From positions 30,001 through 62,000 of the forward strand of contig RQZE01000004.1 of the NCBI GenBank assembly GCA_003858585.1: 32,000 nt of DNA, in the 5' to 3' direction. A program made the position numbers and the translations under genes. Origin of the DNA: Erysipelotrichaceae bacterium OH741_COT-311. GTDB lineage: Bacteria > Bacillota_I > Bacilli_A > Erysipelotrichales > Erysipelotrichaceae. Below are positions 22,942-30,951 of this stretch, piece after piece. The notes under the pieces were generated by a model. That model worked only from the letters and a program-made list of their open reading frames with translations, was not told the DNA's origin and did no database searches. Positions within the stretch are counted from its first letter, which is position 1. The number at the start of each line of letters is the position of its first letter.

Positions 22942-23424
22942 CTATTTTTTTAAACGACGATGTTTTTTTGCCATACGTTCATTTAAAATATCAAATACTT
23001 GATTACTATCTTTCTTCGGAAATTTTATACTTTCTTTTATGGTCGAAGATCTATCATCCAAATATTCAAAATAAAGAGCTAAATACTTATTGTCTAACGT
23101 ATAATCATAACCGGAAATATCTTCAAACCTAATCAAACGACCTGTAATGATAATTCCTTTAGGACCTATCCCATCAAAGGTAAAAGCAAACATAAAAATG
23201 GAAAACGTTAAAATAATACTTCTTGCATATTCATAAATATCAGAACTCAAAAAGATAGAAATAAAACACAATATACCTGAAATAAGAAATACAATTCGCA
23301 TTTTATCAAACTTAGAAACTGTGATTTTAACATATGTTAATTGATTAATAAAACTTTTAATTAGAAATATATCTAATGTAATTAACGCAGCAATCAAGAT
23401 AATATTAAATGTATTACTGTTCAT
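22942..23424 (-). CDS. Small membrane protein (three predicted TM helices plus a C-terminal soluble domain), function unknown
   Basis: 160 aa with hydrophobic stretches FNIILIAALITLDIFLI, MRIVFLISGILCFISIFL and SIILTFSIFMFAFTF, then a charged C-terminal ~70 aa. It lies 8 nt downstream of phoH on the same strand. Confidence 0.6.
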   Translation of the reverse strand: MNSNTFNIILIAALITLDIFLIKSFINQLTYVKITVSKFDKMRIVFLISGILCFISIFLSSDIYEYARSIILTFSIFMFAFTFDGIGPKGIIITGRLIRFEDISGYDYTLDNKYLALYFEYLDDRSSTIKESIKFPKKDSNQVFDILNERMAKKHRRLKK

Positions 23425-23432
23425 GATACCTC

Positions 23433-24380
23433 CTAATATTTATCATAAGCCTCAATAATTTTTTGAACTAACGGATGACGCACTACATCATCACTTGTCA
23501 AATAGATAAATTTAATGTCTTCAATGGACGATAAAACATTACATGCTTCTTTTAAACCACAAATAAAATTATTTGACAAATCAATCTGTGTTAAATCTCC
23601 ATTAACAATCATCTTAGAATTAAAACCAAGACGAGTTAAAAACATTTTCATTTGCACCTTTGTTGTATTCTGTGCTTCATCTAAAATAACATAAGCATCA
23701 TCTAAAGTTCTTCCTCGCATATACGCAAGTGGTGCGATTTCTATTACACCCTTTTCAATCATTTTTTCGGTTTGTTCTTGTCCTAAACAATCATATAAAG
23801 CATCATAAATAGGTCTAAGATAAGGGTCTATTTTTTCTTTTAAATCTCCCGGTAAAAAACCTAGATTTTCTCCAGCCTCAACTGCAGGTCTTGTTAGAAT
23901 AATACGCTTAATATCACCTTTTTTTAATGCATTTACAGCATAAACCACCGATAAATATGTCTTTCCGGTTCCTGCCGGACCAATCGCAAAAACAATATCA
24001 TAATTATTTAATGCCTCTACCAATGTATATTGCCCTAAGGTTTTAGGATAAATCACTTTACCGGTGATACTTCTTCCTACTACTTTACTATTAAATTTAC
24101 TAGGATCAACGTTACTATTATTTAAAACACTACGACTATAGTAAATAACATCTCGACTATCTAAACTATGTTTATCTTTAATAACATCAACAATCTTATA
24201 CACAGCTTTTGTAATTTGATTAATCAATTGATTATCTTGGCTATGAATAAGTAATTCTGAATTTTTTAATTCTAGTTGTACATTAAATAAATTACTTAAT
24301 AAACGAATATGCTTATCCATACTTCCAGCAAAAAGCATTACATCATTATAATCTAAATCTAATTTAATACTTTTAAACAT
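23433..24380 (-). CDS. phoH: PhoH-like ATPase
   Basis: Walker A GPAGTGKTY, Walker B ILDEAQN, and a C-terminal RHPLVQKI. The start was moved from 24410 to ATG 24380 (GGGAGG 6 nt upstream). Confidence 0.9.
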   Translation of the reverse strand: MFKSIKLDLDYNDVMLFAGSMDKHIRLLSNLFNVQLELKNSELLIHSQDNQLINQITKAVYKIVDVIKDKHSLDSRDVIYYSRSVLNNSNVDPSKFNSKVVGRSITGKVIYPKTLGQYTLVEALNNYDIVFAIGPAGTGKTYLSVVYAVNALKKGDIKRIILTRPAVEAGENLGFLPGDLKEKIDPYLRPIYDALYDCLGQEQTEKMIEKGVIEIAPLAYMRGRTLDDAYVILDEAQNTTKVQMKMFLTRLGFNSKMIVNGDLTQIDLSNNFICGLKEACNVLSSIEDIKFIYLTSDDVVRHPLVQKIIEAYDKY

Positions 24381-24398
24381 AAAATTCCTCCCACTAGA

Positions 24399-24427
24399 AT
24401 TATAATGCAAAAATAAAAGGTAAGCAA
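24399..24427 (-). promoter_or_regulatory. Candidate sigma-A promoter of phoH, with its -35 inside the rpsU terminator hairpin
   Basis: Minus strand has TTGCTT (24427-24422), a 17-nt spacer, then TATAAT (24404-24399). Confidence 0.45.
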
Positions 24428-24436
24428 AGGCTTACC
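24409..24436 (-). terminator. Rho-independent terminator of rpsU
   Basis: Minus-strand RNA GGUAAGC-CUUU-GCUUACC followed by UUUUAUUUUU, 9 nt after the rpsU stop. Confidence 0.7.
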
Positions 24437-24445
24437 ATAAGATTC

Positions 24446-24625
24446 TTATTTTGAACGACGTGCTTTTCTTGCAGCTTCAGACTTAAGTTTACGACGAACG
24501 CCTGGTTTTACATAGAACTCTCTTTTACGAGCTTCAGCAAGGGTCCCATTGCGAGAAACTTGACGTTTAAAACGACGTAAAGCATCATCTAATACTTCAT
24601 TTTCTTTAAGTACTACTCTTGGCAT
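24446..24625 (-). CDS. rpsU: 30S ribosomal protein bS21
   Basis: 59 aa, [57 protein letters not shown], canonical S21. The start was moved from 24682 to ATG 24625 (GGGGGTG 5 nt upstream). The track extension runs through the promoter. Confidence 0.94.
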   Translation of the reverse strand: MPRVVLKENEVLDDALRRFKRQVSRNGTLAEARKREFYVKPGVRRKLKSEAARKARRSK

Positions 24626-24653
24626 TTTGACACCCCCTTTAAATAACAGTTTA

Positions 24654-24682
24654 ATTATACAAAGTATATAGTAAAATTGCAA
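24654..24682 (-). promoter_or_regulatory. Sigma-A promoter of rpsU
   Basis: Minus strand has TTGCAA (24682-24677), a 17-nt spacer, then TATAAT (24659-24654). Confidence 0.6.
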
Positions 24683-24719
24683 TAGAACAAAGAGAAATTT
24701 GATACTTTTTTATAGAAAT

Positions 24720-25964
24720 TTATACAATATTTACAATTTTATATACAAAACCAGTTTCTTCCATCAATTTTAAATACGGAAGAGGATCAAACTGTTCTAA
24801 GGAATGAACTCCTGTATCCTTCCATACTTTTTTAGCCAATAATTCAATTGCTAAGGCGGCTCCAAATCCGGTTTGAGCTACAACAGCTTGCATGTTCCAT
24901 TGTTTCATTGATTCTTGATTATCAAATGGTTGATAAATAAATATTTCTTTTGGTTTTGAATCTTTGATGCCAATACAGTGAATACCAACACACATCTTAC
25001 CAAACATTTCACTACCCAAATCAGTTGGTTGTGGCGCTACTGCAGCAACAACATCACGTGGGATTACAGTTACACCATTTACATTGACTGGTTCAATACT
25101 GCGTAAACCTAATTGATCTAACACTTTTAAGGCTTGAATTAAATTATCATCCAACGCTATTTTAAATGTCGCTTTTTTAAGTCCATAAGGTTTTAAATAA
25201 CGAACAAAACACATTACTTCTTCATGTTCAACTTTTACTAAGGTATTTACACCCACATCCTCCGGCATCTTAAATGTTTCTAAACCAGCAAAAGCATCTT
25301 CCACAATAAAGCCACCTTTACTTTCATCATACTCTACATTAGGATTCATTACTTCATCTAAGACTGTCCATACATTAAAGCCAAAACTAATTTGATTTGG
25401 ATCACTATTTGGAATATATAAGTTATTACCATCTTTGACATGTATTTCATGAAGTTCATCAAATTCATATAAAGCAGCATATTTAGCAAACACATTAACA
25501 ACACCAGGATCAATACCTAAGCAAATGGTTGCTAGTAAACCAGCTTCTTTCCATTTTTCATGCTGATCAAAGTTATACTTTGTCATAATACGTTTATAAC
25601 TATGTTCAATTCCTAAACCAAATTTTGGATTCTTCTTTGGAATTGACCATGTCCCCATATTCGCATAATTTACTTTTGCTTTAAATGCAGCATCAAAAAT
25701 AATATCTGCTAAAAATGGTGCTGAAGCATCCATAACAAAGTCAATATTATACTCTTTAATGAAAGTAAGAATATCTTCTTCCTTACGACTATCTAAATAG
25801 CAACCTTTAAAACGAGCATCCCCGGCAGCAATCTTCATTGCTTTTTCTTGATCAATATCACACAACAAAGCAAATTTAAACCAGCTTGCATCGGGATCTC
25901 TTTTCAATAAAATCTTTAAGATACATTGACCTACTGCCCCTGTACCTATCATCATCATTCTCAT
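24720..25964 (-). CDS. Saccharopine dehydrogenase family protein (carboxy(nor)spermidine dehydrogenase / homospermidine synthase-like)
   Basis: The N-terminal Rossmann motif is MIGTGAVG. GIDPGVVNVFAKYA, FIYQP and EQFDPLPYLKLM are colinear with the Vibrio carboxynorspermidine dehydrogenase as I recall it (GFDPGVVSVFAAYA, FIYN, EQLDPDPFLETM). The exact start among the ATGs at 25964-25950 is uncertain, and there is no clear SD. Confidence 0.7.
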   Translation of the reverse strand: MRMMMIGTGAVGQCILKILLKRDPDASWFKFALLCDIDQEKAMKIAAGDARFKGCYLDSRKEEDILTFIKEYNIDFVMDASAPFLADIIFDAAFKAKVNYANMGTWSIPKKNPKFGLGIEHSYKRIMTKYNFDQHEKWKEAGLLATICLGIDPGVVNVFAKYAALYEFDELHEIHVKDGNNLYIPNSDPNQISFGFNVWTVLDEVMNPNVEYDESKGGFIVEDAFAGLETFKMPEDVGVNTLVKVEHEEVMCFVRYLKPYGLKKATFKIALDDNLIQALKVLDQLGLRSIEPVNVNGVTVIPRDVVAAVAPQPTDLGSEMFGKMCVGIHCIGIKDSKPKEIFIYQPFDNQESMKQWNMQAVVAQTGFGAALAIELLAKKVWKDTGVHSLEQFDPLPYLKLMEETGFVYKIVNIV

Positions 25965-25966
25965 AA

Positions 25967-26629
25967 TTAGTAACCGTGTTTTACTTCTTCATTTTTTAAT
26001 AAAGCTACGCCACTACTTGTACCAATACGGCTGGCACCCGCATCAATCATTTTAATGAGATCTTCATAGCTACGTACTCCACCAGCCGCTTTTACTAATA
26101 CTCCTTGAGCAACATGCTTTTTTAATAAAGCAACATCTTCTACAGTCGCTCCAGCCTTAGAAAAGCCAGTGCTTGTTTTAATAAATTCAGCCTTTGCTTC
26201 ACTGACCGCTTTACAAGCTAAGATCTTTTCTTCTTCACTTAACAGACAAGTTTCAATGATAACTTTTAACACTTTCTCTTGAATCGCTTCTTTGACAGCT
26301 TTAATATCATTGACGACTGTTTCATAATCTCTATCTTTTAAAGCACCAATATTTAATACCATATCTACTTCATCTGCTCCTTTTAAAACAGCATCCTTAG
26401 CTTCAAATGCCTTTGACTCAGTTGTAGAAGCCCCTAAAGGAAATCCAATAACTGTACATACTTGTACATCAGAGCCTTTTAAGCATTCTTTACAGTATGC
26501 AATCCATGATGGATTTACACATACTGTTTTAAAATCATAGTCCTTTGCTTCTTGACATAACTTTGTAAATAATTCTTTTGTAGCATCTTGTTTTAATAAT
26601 GTGTGATCAATGTATTTGTTTAATTTCAT
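25967..26629 (-). CDS. deoC: Deoxyribose-phosphate aldolase
   Basis: 220 aa, MKLNKYIDHTLLK..., with the Schiff-base lysine context EFIKTSTGF, typical class I DERA. Confidence 0.93.
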   Translation of the reverse strand: MKLNKYIDHTLLKQDATKELFTKLCQEAKDYDFKTVCVNPSWIAYCKECLKGSDVQVCTVIGFPLGASTTESKAFEAKDAVLKGADEVDMVLNIGALKDRDYETVVNDIKAVKEAIQEKVLKVIIETCLLSEEEKILACKAVSEAKAEFIKTSTGFSKAGATVEDVALLKKHVAQGVLVKAAGGVRSYEDLIKMIDAGASRIGTSSGVALLKNEEVKHGY

Positions 26630-26641
26630 ACTTATCCCTCT

Positions 26642-28093
26642 CTAATTAATTTCTTCCTTAAAATAGTAACGTTTAATCATATCTTTCGCAACATTTTGGT
26701 CCCCTCGATACACTTCACGACCAAACTCACGATAGATAAAGGCTTCATCCCCTTTACCCAAGATTAAAATGGTGTCATTTGCAGTTGCCATTTCAATGGC
26801 TTGACGTATTGCATTAGAACGATCTTCAATGATGATATGATTTTTCTTCTTTATTCCCTCAGCAATTTCTTGCGCGATTTGAAACACATTTTCATCACGA
26901 GGATCATCCTCAGTCAAAATAATCATGTCACAATATTTATCTGCCAATTGACCAAACATAATACGTTTTTTAAAATCACGTTTTCCTGCTGATCCAAATA
27001 CTGCAATAATACGACGTTCTTTCGGTGTAATTTCTTGTGCATATTTCATAACTTTTTCAATGCCATCTGGTGTATGTGCAAAATCTACAATGACATTAAA
27101 TGGTTGTCCCAAAACCACCTTTTCCATACGTCCTTCAATTTGTTTTAACTGGGTAAGCTGTTGAATAATTAAGTCCATAGAAAGACCAGTTTTATGCAAA
27201 GCACTAATCGCTGCCAACAAATTATAGACATTAAACAAAGCAACCAAATTTGTTTCGATACGATATTCTTGTTGATTCACTTTTAACGTTAACACTGTTT
27301 TATCAGCCATCAATTGAATATTACATGCTTGATAATCAGCTACATGATCAATACCATAAGTAACAATATTGGCATGACAATCCTCTACCATTTTTAAAGC
27401 ATAAGGATCATCAATATTAATAATGGCATAACTATTTGGATGCATCATATCAAATAATTTCTTTTTCGCATGAAAATAATCTTCAATGGTACCATGATAA
27501 TCCAAATGATCATGAGTTAAGTTTGTATAAACACACACATCAAAATGAATGCCATCAACACGTTTTTGTTCTATACCAATGCTACTAACTTCTAATGCAC
27601 AAGCTTTCACATCATCCTTTACCATTGCATCTAAGTAATATTGTAGATCCACAACATTGGGTGTCGTTAGTAATGGCGGAAGTTTTACATCCCCATATTC
27701 AATGGATATGGTACCAATATACCCACACTTTTGATATGGATTTAAAATATTACGAATCAGTGTTGTAACGCTACTTTTTCCATTTGTACCTGTAACACCA
27801 TACATCTTTAACTTTTGACTAGGATATTGATAAAACTTATTACAGATAATGTTTAATGCCTTCGTTACATCATTGACCTTAATATAAATAACATCTTCTT
27901 TTTTCGCAATATCATCACTATATACAATTACTTTAGCTCCATTTTGAATTGCCATATCAACATAATGATGTCCATCATTTTCTAATCCTTTTAAACAAAA
28001 GAAAATGGCATCTTTACACTTTTGACGACTATCCATCATCAATTGTTGTATTTCAATTCTTGGTGCATCATCAAACAATTGATTCAACAACAT
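26642..28093 (-). CDS. murE: UDP-N-acetylmuramoyl-L-alanyl-D-glutamate-diamino acid ligase (MurE)
   Basis: P-loop GVTGTNGKSS and Mur ligase middle and C-terminal domains. It contains EDDPRDE where DAP-adding enzymes have DNPR. The start was moved from 28126 to ATG 28093 (MLLNQLFDD..., with AGGTGG upstream), which overlaps the mtaB 3' end by 23 nt. Confidence 0.9.
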   Translation of the reverse strand: MLLNQLFDDAPRIEIQQLMMDSRQKCKDAIFFCLKGLENDGHHYVDMAIQNGAKVIVYSDDIAKKEDVIYIKVNDVTKALNIICNKFYQYPSQKLKMYGVTGTNGKSSVTTLIRNILNPYQKCGYIGTISIEYGDVKLPPLLTTPNVVDLQYYLDAMVKDDVKACALEVSSIGIEQKRVDGIHFDVCVYTNLTHDHLDYHGTIEDYFHAKKKLFDMMHPNSYAIINIDDPYALKMVEDCHANIVTYGIDHVADYQACNIQLMADKTVLTLKVNQQEYRIETNLVALFNVYNLLAAISALHKTGLSMDLIIQQLTQLKQIEGRMEKVVLGQPFNVIVDFAHTPDGIEKVMKYAQEITPKERRIIAVFGSAGKRDFKKRIMFGQLADKYCDMIILTEDDPRDENVFQIAQEIAEGIKKKNHIIIEDRSNAIRQAIEMATANDTILILGKGDEAFIYREFGREVYRGDQNVAKDMIKRYYFKEEIN

Positions 28094-29387
28094 TTTCTTC
28101 AACCACCTTTCCATGTAACGTATCATCTTTAAAATGTGTACATATCACTTTCACGATTTTATTGCTTGTAACTGGAGTATCTACAATTACTTTTACATAT
28201 TGAGAAGTATATCCAGATGCACTTGTCTCATCACTTTTTTCAATTAATACATCAACCTCTTGATTGACAAAACTTGTCATATACGCATAATACAAACGCA
28301 TAGATACACTATTTGCAATAGAAACACGATGCTTCTTTTCTTGACTAGATACTATTGGTTTAATTTTACTTGCGATGGTACCATCTTTGGCACTATACGG
28401 AAACACGTGCATAAAACTTAATTTTAACTCTTTCATCGTATCCATTGACTCCACAAACTCTTGATCTGTTTCATCTGGAAAACCGACAATTAAATCAGTG
28501 CTAATCGAAATGGAAGGAATCTTTTTTCTAATTTCTTTTACTTTATCCTTAAACATCGCAATCGTATATGGTCGATGCATTCGCTTTAATACTGCATCAC
28601 TTCCTGATTGAATTGGTATATGCAGATGTTTACACAAACGATTATTATTTGCCATTAAATCAATAAATTCATCTGTAATCTCAGTTACCTCAATGGAAGA
28701 GATACGTATACGAGCAATCGATACTTCTTTTAAAATACGTTTAATCAGCGTTGTTAAGTCTACTTCACTATTGATACCATATCTTCCTGTATGAATACCA
28801 CTTAAAACAATTTCATGATGATTTTCCGCTAACTGTCTTGCTTGATGAATCACTTCATCAGCATCTAAACTACGCTCTTTCCCTCTAGCATAAGGAATAA
28901 TACAAAAACTACAATACTGATTACATCCATCCTGTATCTTTAAAAATGCCCTTGTATGATGATTAAACATATTAATTGGAAGTAAATCAAATTTTACATC
29001 CTTTAACACATTATTGACATGTACAATTTTATTACGCTCTTCAAACGCACGTTGTATTAAATCTGGAATCATATACTTACCACTTGATCCAACTAAAATA
29101 TCAATGCGTTCATCTTCTTGTAACTTATCAGCATTAATTTGGACATAACATCCAACCACACAAATAATTGCATCCGGATTACAGTGATTGGCTTGACTGA
29201 CTTTTTGGCGAGACTTACTGGCAGCTGTATTCGTTACTGCACATGTAAAAACGATATAAATATCTGCATACTCTTTAAAATCCACTTCAATAAAGCCACG
29301 TTCCTTCATTGCTTCATTAATACTTTCTGCTTCAAAGGTATTCACTTTACATCCCAATGTCGCAATCGCATATTTCTTTTTTTCCAT
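28071..29387 (-). CDS. mtaB: MiaB-like tRNA methylthiotransferase (MtaB/YqeV type)
   Basis: The N-terminal UPF0004 domain has ATLGCKVN. The radical SAM motif is CNQYCSFC, and a C-terminal TRAM-like region follows. It ends with TGA. Confidence 0.88.
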   Translation of the reverse strand: MEKKKYAIATLGCKVNTFEAESINEAMKERGFIEVDFKEYADIYIVFTCAVTNTAASKSRQKVSQANHCNPDAIICVVGCYVQINADKLQEDERIDILVGSSGKYMIPDLIQRAFEERNKIVHVNNVLKDVKFDLLPINMFNHHTRAFLKIQDGCNQYCSFCIIPYARGKERSLDADEVIHQARQLAENHHEIVLSGIHTGRYGINSEVDLTTLIKRILKEVSIARIRISSIEVTEITDEFIDLMANNNRLCKHLHIPIQSGSDAVLKRMHRPYTIAMFKDKVKEIRKKIPSISISTDLIVGFPDETDQEFVESMDTMKELKLSFMHVFPYSAKDGTIASKIKPIVSSQEKKHRVSIANSVSMRLYYAYMTSFVNQEVDVLIEKSDETSASGYTSQYVKVIVDTPVTSNKIVKVICTHFKDDTLHGKVVEENVVESIV

Positions 29388-29394
29388 ATTCCAC

Positions 29395-30138
29395 CTATTT
29401 AACTACTTTTTTTCGATACTTCATTAATTTATTTCGTATTTTCTCATTATAAAGCTGATGTTCTTGAATATAATCAATCATTCCAATTACATCTTTTTCA
29501 AGATATAAACGAATAAATTCAAATGCATATTTTAAATCACCATCATAAAAAAGACATGTATATCCTTCTTGATTTAAAATATATAAATGCTTATTTTCCT
29601 GCGCAAACACAATTGCATATTCTTTTAACACACCAATATTAATTGTATTTAAAAAATCACTTAGATACACATTAGGAAAATATTGATTGATGTCCTGCGC
29701 TAACTCTTTAAAATCATTCGATAACTTAAAAAACTGAGGCAATTCACGAACTGCAATTTCATCTTTGTAAAGTTTATTAATCAATTCATCAAAAAAAGGC
29801 ACTAAAATTGTTACATTATTATACGCAAATGATTTTATTAAGTCACTTTTTTTCATGATTGCTTGCTTACTAAATGCATTTTTTTGATTATAATCTAAGG
29901 TATCCCATATATCTAACATCGCAAAACGATTTTCTTCGTATAAATCTTCAATAATACTTTTATTAATAATCCCTTGATACATAATATACGCTTTAAAATA
30001 ATCCAAGTCATTTTTTATTTTAAACTTGAATTTATACTTAGCTAATTCTGTTTCAATGACCTTAATATTTCGTTTAACTTCTTTATCTTTTAATATTGAC
30101 TTATGATATTTATTAATAATTGTTATAATTTTATTCAT
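29395..30138 (-). CDS. Hypothetical protein, no recognisable family
   Basis: 247-aa ORF, Lys/Asn/Ile/Tyr-rich, with no TM segments or motifs that I recognise. Coding is supported only by its length, the ATGA-type 8-nt overlap with the rsmE stop and the 7-nt gap to mtaB on the same strand. Confidence 0.5.
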   Translation of the reverse strand: MNKIITIINKYHKSILKDKEVKRNIKVIETELAKYKFKFKIKNDLDYFKAYIMYQGIINKSIIEDLYEENRFAMLDIWDTLDYNQKNAFSKQAIMKKSDLIKSFAYNNVTILVPFFDELINKLYKDEIAVRELPQFFKLSNDFKELAQDINQYFPNVYLSDFLNTINIGVLKEYAIVFAQENKHLYILNQEGYTCLFYDGDLKYAFEFIRLYLEKDVIGMIDYIQEHQLYNEKIRNKLMKYRKKVVK

Positions 30139-30856
30139 ACGTTTCTACCAAACTACTGATTACACTCAATGCATACAACGATGCGGTTTCAGCCCTTAAT
30201 ATTCTCTTTCCTAATGTTACTACTTGATACCCCTTTGCAATAAGCTCATTCACCTCTTGCAACTCAAAACCACCCTCTGGACCAATAACTAAATTAATAT
30301 CTTTATCTTTACAAACGACATCGTTTAGTGATTTGGATACTTTTAAATGGTCTTCATACGCAATAATATTTACCTTTGTAGGTTCAAAAGGAATCTCTTT
30401 TACATGCATATACTCACATACTGTAGGTATAAGTATACGCTTAGATTGTTCACTAGCTTGTTGACATATCTTTTGAAAACGTTGTATCTTTTGATCTTTT
30501 TTATCATTGACCTTAACAACACAACGCTTAGAAATCAATGGAACAATACTGGAAACACCTAGTTCAGTTGCTTTTTGTAAGAAATAATCCCAAGCTTCCT
30601 TTTTAATCAAACCTTGATATATGGTTACTTTTATCGGTAATTCACTGTCTACTTCAACCTTCTCTTTAATATATCCATACACCTTATGTTCTTGATATTG
30701 AATTCTTGCATAAAAACATTGTTGATGCCTATCAACAACGCGAACGATACTATCCATTTTCATACGCATCACTTGTTGAATGTGCTTACTATCCTCTTGG
30801 TTAAATAAGTACAATTCATGAAGCTGTAATACTTTATCTGCAAAATATTGTTGCAT
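30131..30856 (-). CDS. rsmE: 16S rRNA (uracil1498-N3)-methyltransferase
   Basis: 241 aa starting MQQYFADK..., with the C-terminal SPOUT motif VIGPEGGFELQE...LGKRILRAETA. SD AGGTGA lies 4 nt before the ATG. Confidence 0.88.
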   Translation of the reverse strand: MQQYFADKVLQLHELYLFNQEDSKHIQQVMRMKMDSIVRVVDRHQQCFYARIQYQEHKVYGYIKEKVEVDSELPIKVTIYQGLIKKEAWDYFLQKATELGVSSIVPLISKRCVVKVNDKKDQKIQRFQKICQQASEQSKRILIPTVCEYMHVKEIPFEPTKVNIIAYEDHLKVSKSLNDVVCKDKDINLVIGPEGGFELQEVNELIAKGYQVVTLGKRILRAETASLYALSVISSLVETYE

Positions 30857-30871
30857 GTAATCACCTATTAA

Positions 30872-30880
30872 ATTTTAACA
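30872..30880 (-). promoter_or_regulatory. Candidate extended -10 promoter of the rsmE operon
   Basis: Minus strand TGtTAAAAT (TG 30880-30879, TAAAAT 30877-30872), just after the permease terminator. It implies a very short 5' UTR. Confidence 0.4.
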
Positions 30881-30930
30881 AAAAATAAAGGTATTTAAAA
30901 GTCATAACGACATTAAATACCTTTTTTCAT
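30880..30930 (-). terminator. Rho-independent terminator of the permease gene (palindromic, flanked by A and T runs)
   Basis: AAAGGTATTTAA (30887-30898) / 14-nt loop / TTAAATACCTTT (30913-30924). On the minus-strand RNA it is followed by AUUUUUUG. Confidence 0.65.
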
Positions 30931-30951
30931 TAGCTTGCCAGTTACAGAGAT

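Noticed and set aside
24692-24721. Direct repeat AGAAATTT at 24692-24699 and 24714-24721, between the saccharopine-dehydrogenase-like stop and the rpsU promoter
   Set aside because: An 8-nt A/T-rich repeat is expected by chance in this composition. It forms no hairpin and matches no operator-like dyad.
28071-28093. Gene overlaps: mtaB/murE 23 nt, purN/purH 20 nt (16904-16923), and 8-nt overlaps at purE/purL, purL/purM, purM/purN, ribF/rsmF and rsmE/orphan
   Set aside because: This is ordinary translational coupling in compact Firmicute operons. The longer overlaps depend on my start-codon choices. I saw no evidence of frameshifting signals or slippery sequences.
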